Of a DNA stretch of 64,000 bases, positions 57,906 to 64,000 are shown piece after piece (within the stretch, counting starts at the first letter, position 1; each line of letters starts with the position of its first letter). The notes beneath the pieces are model-generated. The model was not told the origin of the DNA and ran no database searches. It worked only from the letters and a program-made list of their open reading frames with translations. Both the position numbers and the translations under genes were made by a program. The DNA comes from an uncultured Spirochaetota bacterium (GTDB taxonomy: Bacteria > Spirochaetota > UBA4802 > UBA5550), in the NCBI GenBank assembly GCA_963827275.1, contig CAWHAA010000008.1, positions 416,001 through 480,000 of the forward strand. The letters run 5' to 3'.

Positions 57906-59057
57906 ATGGAGTTCGGATTCACTGAAGAACAATTGATGTTTCGAGACACCGTGTACCGGTTCGCCAGGAAAGAGATCGTGCCGCTTGTCGAGCAGGCTGA
58001 CCTCAAGTCCGAGTTCTCGAAAGAGATATGGGGAAAGCTGGGGGGCATGGGCCTGCTGGGCCTGCCGTTCCCCGAGGAGCTGGGCGGCTCGGGCGCGAAC
58101 GTTGTCACCTGCTGCCTGTCGGGCGAGGCCCTCGGCCATGCCGGCGTCGACCAGGGGCACCTGCTGGCGCTGGGCGCGCACACCTACCTCTGCACCGACA
58201 CCCTCTACAAGAACGGAAACGACGCGCAGAAGAAGAAATATATACCGAAGCTCGCCAGCGGCGAATGGATCGGCTGCATGGGCCTTACCGAGCCGGGCTC
58301 GGGATCGGACGCGGGGTCGCTGCAGACGTCCGCCGTCAAGAAGGGCGACCGGTGGGTGCTCAACGGGTCAAAGACCTTCATCACCAACGCGCCGGTCTGC
58401 GACGTGTGCGTGGTCTACGCGACCATCGACAAGAAGCTGAAGCAGGGGGGCATTACCGCCTTTATCGTGGAGAAGGGCTTCACGGGATTTTCCACCGGCG
58501 CGCCCTTCCACAAGATGGGGGTGCGGGCGTCCACCACTTCAGAGGTGTTCCTGGACAACTGCGAGGTACCGGAGGAGAACCTCCTCGGCGAGGTGGGCAA
58601 GGGGATGGGATACGCGCACGAGACCCTCTCCTGGGACCGGAGCGCCCTGCTTTCGCCCTTCGTGGGCGGCATGCAGTTTGCCATCGAGGAGTGCGCGAAA
58701 TACGCGCAGGAGCGCGTGCAGTTTGAAAAGCCGATCAGCTCGTTCCAGGCGATCCAGCACAAGCTGGCCGACCTGAAGATAGTAAAAGAGGCGGCGAAGA
58801 TGGTGGTGTACCGCGTCGCGCATGACAAGGACACGGGCAAGCCCCTTAACCACATGCACACCTCCATAGCGAAAGCGGTGGTGGGCGACTGGGGCCTGAA
58901 GGCCGCCAGCGAGGCGGTCCAGATCTTCGGCGGGTACGGCTACATACACGATTATCCGATCGAGCGGTTCCTCAGGGACGCCAAGCTCGGGCAGATCGGC
59001 GGCGGGACTTCCGAGATTCAGCGGTTTATCATATCCCGGATACTGAGCATGTTTTAG
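57906..59057 (+). CDS. Acyl-CoA dehydrogenase (atypical catalytic base)
   Basis: [37 protein letters not shown]. Confidence 0.95.
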   Translation: MEFGFTEEQLMFRDTVYRFARKEIVPLVEQADLKSEFSKEIWGKLGGMGLLGLPFPEELGGSGANVVTCCLSGEALGHAGVDQGHLLALGAHTYLCTDTLYKNGNDAQKKKYIPKLASGEWIGCMGLTEPGSGSDAGSLQTSAVKKGDRWVLNGSKTFITNAPVCDVCVVYATIDKKLKQGGITAFIVEKGFTGFSTGAPFHKMGVRASTTSEVFLDNCEVPEENLLGEVGKGMGYAHETLSWDRSALLSPFVGGMQFAIEECAKYAQERVQFEKPISSFQAIQHKLADLKIVKEAAKMVVYRVAHDKDTGKPLNHMHTSIAKAVVGDWGLKAASEAVQIFGGYGYIHDYPIERFLRDAKLGQIGGGTSEIQRFIISRILSMF

Positions 59058-59106
59058 GAAGCGGCCCGATTACACGACACGATATCTCGGAAAGGAGAAG
59101 ATAACA

Positions 59107-60282
59107 ATGAACTACGATATGACACCGGAACAACTATCAATAAAGGAGAACTTCGCGAAGTTCTGCGCCAAGGAGATCGAGCCGCGGGCCCAGCTCCTTG
59201 ACAGGGCCTCCCATGAAGAGGTCGACAGGCTCATAAAAGAAAACATCAAGATGCTTGCCGACCTCGGCTACCTCGGCATGGGGCACGAGGAGGCGTACGG
59301 CGGCACTGACACGGACCTCTACTGCCAGGCGATAGCGGGGGAGCAGGTGGCCAAGGCGTGCGCCTCCACCTTCCTCTCCTGCGGCGCCTCGTGCGGGCTC
59401 TTCGGCGTGCCGCTGCGGCTCTTCGGCACCGACGCGCAGAAGCAGAAATACCTTCCCGGCATCATCAGTGGCGAGATCTTCGGCTGCTTCGGCCTGACGG
59501 AGCCGGAGGCGGGCAGCGACGCCGCCGCCATCAAGACGAATGCCGTCAAGAAGGGAGACAACTGGGTCATCAACGGGACCAAGACCTTTATCACCAACGC
59601 CACAATCGCGGACGTGGCCCTCGTCTTCGCCTACAACGACCGGGAGAAGGGCCCCGGCGCTGGGGTGACATGCTTTCTTGTCGACAAGGGAACGAAGGGG
59701 TTCTCCGTGAGCAAGCCCTTTGAGAAGATGGGCTTCCGGGGCTCTCCCACGGCGGAGCTGATCTTCGAAGACTGCGAGGTCCCGGAGAGCGCCGTGCTGG
59801 GAACAGTGGGCAGGGGCTTCATCCAGGCGATGCAGACCCTGGAATACGGGCGGATCGGCATGGCGACCGTGTGCCTCGGCATAGCGGCCAAGTGCCTCGA
59901 CGAGGCCAACAAGTATTCGAAGGAGCGCAAGTGCTTCGGCAAGCCCATCAACCGGTACCAGGAAATTTCCTTCAAGATCGCCGACATGATGATACTGTCC
60001 GACGTGGCGCGGCTTCTCATCTACCAGGCCTGCTGGGCAAAAATAACGAAGCAGCCTGATTCCGCCGTGCTCGCGTCGGTGGCCAAGGTGTGGGCGTCCG
60101 AAGCCGCGACGCAGATATCCAGTATGGCGGTGCAGGTCCATGGCGGATACGGCTACATAAAGGAGTTCCCGGTCGAGCGCCTCTACCGCGACGCGAAGCT
60201 GGGCGAAATCGGGGAGGGTACCTCGGAGATACAGCGGGTGCTGATCGCCAGGGACCTGCTGGGGAAGTATAAATCGAAATAG
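59107..60282 (+). CDS. Acyl-CoA dehydrogenase
   Basis: [27 protein letters not shown]. Confidence 0.96.
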   Translation: MNYDMTPEQLSIKENFAKFCAKEIEPRAQLLDRASHEEVDRLIKENIKMLADLGYLGMGHEEAYGGTDTDLYCQAIAGEQVAKACASTFLSCGASCGLFGVPLRLFGTDAQKQKYLPGIISGEIFGCFGLTEPEAGSDAAAIKTNAVKKGDNWVINGTKTFITNATIADVALVFAYNDREKGPGAGVTCFLVDKGTKGFSVSKPFEKMGFRGSPTAELIFEDCEVPESAVLGTVGRGFIQAMQTLEYGRIGMATVCLGIAAKCLDEANKYSKERKCFGKPINRYQEISFKIADMMILSDVARLLIYQACWAKITKQPDSAVLASVAKVWASEAATQISSMAVQVHGGYGYIKEFPVERLYRDAKLGEIGEGTSEIQRVLIARDLLGKYKSK

Positions 60283-60342
60283 AAATGATTCACTCCGGCA
60301 TACCGGGCCGGGGAGATTATCAAACATTACAAGGAGACCGAC

Positions 60343-60777
60343 ATGGAATATGAACTGGGCAAATCATTTGATGAAATCGAGATAGGCGAAACAGCGTCTT
60401 TTTCAAAGACCGTCACGGAAACGGATATCGCACTTTTTGCGGCGATAACAGGGGATTTCAATCCGATGCACATGAACGAGGAGTTCGCGAAGAAGACCCC
60501 CTTTAAGACAAGGATCGCGCACGGCGGGATTCCCCACAGCCTCATCGCCCCCGTATGGGGGACGAAGCTCCCGGGCCTCGGCACGATCGCGCTTGAGATC
60601 AAGACGCGGTTCAAGGCGCCCACGTATCCCGGTGACACCATAACGGCGACCACCGAGGTCATCGAGAAGCTCCCGGAGAAGAAATGGATCAGGATGAAGC
60701 TGACGTGGACAAACCAGAAAGGAGAAACCGTGGGACAGGGCGAGGGCCTGGTAATCCCGCCGCCGAAATTGAAGTAG
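60343..60777 (+). CDS. MaoC-family (R)-specific enoyl-CoA hydratase
   Basis: GDFNPMH, RIAHG, LPGLG. Confidence 0.92.
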   Translation: MEYELGKSFDEIEIGETASFSKTVTETDIALFAAITGDFNPMHMNEEFAKKTPFKTRIAHGGIPHSLIAPVWGTKLPGLGTIALEIKTRFKAPTYPGDTITATTEVIEKLPEKKWIRMKLTWTNQKGETVGQGEGLVIPPPKLK

Positions 60778-60868
60778 GCGAGGCCACCTGGCCTCGCGTT
60801 CCGAAGTCGCGTGACATCGCGGCCCCGGAACGCACACGAGAATTATTAAAAAACGAGGTGTTTCATAT

Positions 60869-62305
60869 ATGATAAAATTCAGCGATAAACAACTGGCGAT
60901 ACCGAAACTGATGAGGCCGGTCTACCTGGTGACGGCCGGGCAGTCAAAATTTGACAGGGCGTTTCCCGACAAGAGGACGGAAGAGCTCTGCGTCGACGCC
61001 CTGACGCAGGCCGCGGAGATGATCAACCTCACCCCGGCGGAGCTGAAAAGCTATATCCATACCTGCTACTACGGCCATTTCGCCGACCACTTCGGCGACC
61101 AGCTCCTCGGCGAAGCGCTCATCCACGACCGGCTGGGACTTGATCCCCTGGGCAACTGCGGCGTCAAGACCGGCGGGGCCACCGGCGGCACGACCCTGTG
61201 GGAGGGCGTCAAGGCGGTGGCGTCAGGCTATTCCAACTGCGTGCTCTGCATGGGCTGGGAGCGGATGGACGAGGTGCCCACGGATGAAGGCAACTTCTAC
61301 ATCTCCTGCGCCGCGGACAAGGACTGGGAAGGCCCCATGGGCCATATCTATACCGGGTACTACGCCGTCATGGCGCAGAAGTACTGGCAGGTCTTCGGCA
61401 AGCAGGAGGATTCCTTCAGGAAAACAATGGCGGAGATTTCCGTGAAGCACCACGGCTACGCGCGCATGAACCCCTACGCGCACGGGGCCATGAAGATCAC
61501 TGTGGACGATGTGCTCAAATCGCCGGTGGTCGCTCATCCCCTGCGCGCTCTCGACTGCTGTCTCATGAGCGTCGGCGCGGCCTGCGGCATCCTCTGTGAC
61601 GAGGAGACCGCGATGAAAATGACCAGGAACACGAAGAACAAGCCGCTCCGGATATGGGTCACCGCCGGTTCGCACACGCTGCGCGCGGCAGACCGGCGCG
61701 ACATGGCGATCCCGCTCCTGCCGAACGAGACCATGGATCAGTACAAAGACCTTGGCAAGAAGTTCCCCGGCGGCGAGCGCTACCCGGGCTTTACCGGCTT
61801 CCTCGCGGCCCGCATGGCCGCCTACTACGCGTACAACCAGGTCGGTGTCAAGGACCCGACGGAAGACCTCGACGTCATCGAGCTCCATGACGCCTTCACC
61901 ATCAGCGACATCCAGACTTACGAGGACATAGGGGTTCGTCCCTACGGCTATGGCCGCGACTACGTGGAATCGGGCGACTGCTATCACACGAACCCGAAGA
62001 CCGGCAAGCCGGGCAAACTTCCCTCGAACCTCTCGGGCGGGCTTATCGGCTGCATGCACTCGGTCGGCGCGACCGGCATCATGCAGGTGTTCGAGATTGC
62101 ATGCCAGCTCTGGGACCGCTGGGCGGAGGTACACGGCGACGAGAAGAGATGGAAGGCGTTCGGACGCCAGAAGCCTTCTGACTGGACCGACCTCCAGGTC
62201 AAGGGCGCGAAACGGGCCCTGGCCATCAGCCACGCGGGCGTCGGTTCGCATGTGACGTGCACTATCCTGATGAATCCGGACAATCTAATAAAAAATGATG
62301 CATAG
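60869..62305 (+). CDS. Thiolase-fold protein (SCP-x-like, no nucleophilic Cys)
   Basis: KTGGATGG, GWERM, ELHDAFT, NLSGGLIGCMHSVGATG. Confidence 0.88.
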   Translation: MIKFSDKQLAIPKLMRPVYLVTAGQSKFDRAFPDKRTEELCVDALTQAAEMINLTPAELKSYIHTCYYGHFADHFGDQLLGEALIHDRLGLDPLGNCGVKTGGATGGTTLWEGVKAVASGYSNCVLCMGWERMDEVPTDEGNFYISCAADKDWEGPMGHIYTGYYAVMAQKYWQVFGKQEDSFRKTMAEISVKHHGYARMNPYAHGAMKITVDDVLKSPVVAHPLRALDCCLMSVGAACGILCDEETAMKMTRNTKNKPLRIWVTAGSHTLRAADRRDMAIPLLPNETMDQYKDLGKKFPGGERYPGFTGFLAARMAAYYAYNQVGVKDPTEDLDVIELHDAFTISDIQTYEDIGVRPYGYGRDYVESGDCYHTNPKTGKPGKLPSNLSGGLIGCMHSVGATGIMQVFEIACQLWDRWAEVHGDEKRWKAFGRQKPSDWTDLQVKGAKRALAISHAGVGSHVTCTILMNPDNLIKNDA

Positions 62306-62316
62306 GAGAATAAACC

Positions 62317-62907
62317 ATGAGCATGAGCGGACAAGTATACGTTGAAGACAACAAGTATAAAATAAAAGGCGACTTTCACCACCTTGAGCTCGGCCAGCCG
62401 ATCCGCAACGCGGACGATGGATGGCGCCTGCTCGGGATAACCAATCCCCGGACGCTGATACACATGCATTCGTACGGCGGAGAGGCTGTGTTTTTCGAGT
62501 CGCTTTCGCAGGGCAAGCTCATGGCGGCCCGCTGCGACAACGGCAAATGCGAAAACAAGGGCTCGATCTATCAGCCGTTCAGGACCATCTGTCCGGACTG
62601 CCTGGTGAAGATGACTCCGTTTGACATGACCGATCTGGCCAAGAAAACCGCGAAGGTCCATACCTTCATGGTGTGCGAGCGGTCGGGGGCCTTCAACCTG
62701 CTGGAAAAACCGATCAAATTCATCAATATCGAATTCGACGGCGTGTGCACGATTTTATTCAGCTACCTGGCGTTCGGCGAACCCGGGATGGGCATGCGCG
62801 TGGTCCCGATCTTCCAGAAAAAGGACCCGACGTATACTATTCTTGACCTTGCATGGGTTCCCGATGGGACAAAGGCGGACCAGCTGCCGAAAGGATTCTC
62901 GTTCTAA
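62317..62907 (+). CDS. Divergent DUF35 Zn-ribbon/OB-fold protein
   Basis: FFESL..GKLMAARC....C...CPDC, GMRVVPIF. Confidence 0.8.
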   Translation: MSMSGQVYVEDNKYKIKGDFHHLELGQPIRNADDGWRLLGITNPRTLIHMHSYGGEAVFFESLSQGKLMAARCDNGKCENKGSIYQPFRTICPDCLVKMTPFDMTDLAKKTAKVHTFMVCERSGAFNLLEKPIKFINIEFDGVCTILFSYLAFGEPGMGMRVVPIFQKKDPTYTILDLAWVPDGTKADQLPKGFSF

Positions 62908-62964
62908 CATGGCGGGCGGACCGGCAGTCGTGCAGGAAAATGCGGTAACAGGGGGAGGATGCGA

Positions 62965-64000
62965 ATGGATTTCTGGCTGAATGAAGAACAGAAGATGCTC
63001 CGGTACAATGTACGGGAGTTCGCCGAAAAGGAGATCAAACCTAAAGCGCAGGAGCTTGACGAAAAAGAGGAGTTTTCCTGCGACATCACCAGGAAGATGG
63101 CGGAGCTGGGCCTCTTCGGCATCTACGTGCCGGAGGAGTGGGGCGGCGCCGGCATGGATTACCTTTCCTACTGCATCGCGGTCGAGGAGATCTGCCGTAT
63201 CGACGGGTCGCACGGCGCCACGGTCGCGGCGGGCAACTCGCTCGGGATCGGGCCCATCTATTATTACGGGAGCGAGAAGCAGAAGCGGGAGTGGCTCCCG
63301 CGGCTCTGCAGGGGCGAGATCCTGGCCTCCTTCGGGCTTACCGAGCCTGAGGCCGGTTCCGACGCGGGCGCGAGCAAGACCGGCGCGAAGCTGGAAAACG
63401 GCGAGTGGGTCATCAACGGCAGCAAGATCTTCATCACCAACTCAACGAGCAAAATGGCGGGGGTGTGCACGGTCCAGGCCGTCACCGGGACCAAGCCGGA
63501 CGGCAAGAAGGAAGTTTCCTGCATCCTGGTCCCGAACGGGACGAAAGGGTATACCCAGAAAAAGATGACGAAGAAGATGATGTGGCGCGCATCGGACACC
63601 GGCGAGCTCTACTTCGACGACTGCCGCGTGCCGGAGGAGAACCTTCTCGGGAAGCGGGGCGAGGGCTTCCACCAGATGCTGCAGACCCTGGATAACGGGA
63701 GGCTGGCCATTGCCGCCATGGGCCTGGGAGGGGCGCAGGGCGCCTACGAGCTTGCCATGAAATACGCGCGGGAGCGGAAACAGTTCGGCAAGCCGATTGC
63801 CACCTTCCAGGTGAACGCCTTCAAGCTGGCCGACATGGCCACCGAGATAGAGGCGGCGCGCAACCTGTTATACAAGGCCTGCCTGCTCAAAGACCAGAAA
63901 AAACCGTTCGGCAAGGAAGCGGCCATGGCCAAGCTCTACTGCTCGGAGGTGATGGGGCGCGTCGTTGACGAGGCGGTCCAGATCCACGGCGGGTACGGCC
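62965..64000 (+). CDS. Acyl-CoA dehydrogenase, truncated by window end (absent from ORF track)
   Basis: MDFWLNEEQKMLR..., [36 protein letters not shown]. Confidence 0.95.
   Translation, partial: MDFWLNEEQKMLRYNVREFAEKEIKPKAQELDEKEEFSCDITRKMAELGLFGIYVPEEWGGAGMDYLSYCIAVEEICRIDGSHGATVAAGNSLGIGPIYYYGSEKQKREWLPRLCRGEILASFGLTEPEAGSDAGASKTGAKLENGEWVINGSKIFITNSTSKMAGVCTVQAVTGTKPDGKKEVSCILVPNGTKGYTQKKMTKKMMWRASDTGELYFDDCRVPEENLLGKRGEGFHQMLQTLDNGRLAIAAMGLGGAQGAYELAMKYARERKQFGKPIATFQVNAFKLADMATEIEAARNLLYKACLLKDQKKPFGKEAAMAKLYCSEVMGRVVDEAVQIHGGYG

Overview
A GC-rich bacterial chromosome segment with no rRNA, tRNA, CRISPR array or transposase visible. Gene content (LipL45/FecR-like protein, 7TM-DISM-type sensors, truB-rpsO-pnp-M16 order without ribF) tentatively suggests an anaerobic spirochaete; this is inference. 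Three blocks: (1) 1-24.2 kb, mostly housekeeping: REC-GGDEF, rimP-nusA-infB-rbfA-truB-rpsO-pnp, M16 peptidase, bactofilin, LysM/M23, M20 peptidase, two Fe-S proteins, glyS, acyltransferase, GT4. (2) 24.2-42.1 kb, an all-minus-strand accessory block. The mercury-methylation genes hgcAB head an arsenic-resistance operon (hgcA-hgcB-arsR-arsP-trx-DGC-arsF-arsG-acr3-arsC) that has no arsM and carries a palindromic operator on its -10 box. An olefin/beta-lactone cluster has a predicted heterodimeric OleA pair, an OleBC fusion and OleD, is bracketed by two membrane-bound AraC sensors and is preceded by four 32-bp-phased repeats. (3) 42.4-64 kb, a probably TetR-controlled CoA-ester catabolic cluster with five thiolase-fold proteins that all lack the nucleophilic Cys (Ltp3/Ltp4-like), five DUF35 partners (including SCP2-SCP2-DUF35 and DUF35-BKACE fusions), a CoA transferase, a ligase, hydratases and acyl-CoA dehydrogenases. 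Three single-base frameshifts in short homopolymers suggest indel-prone sequence.
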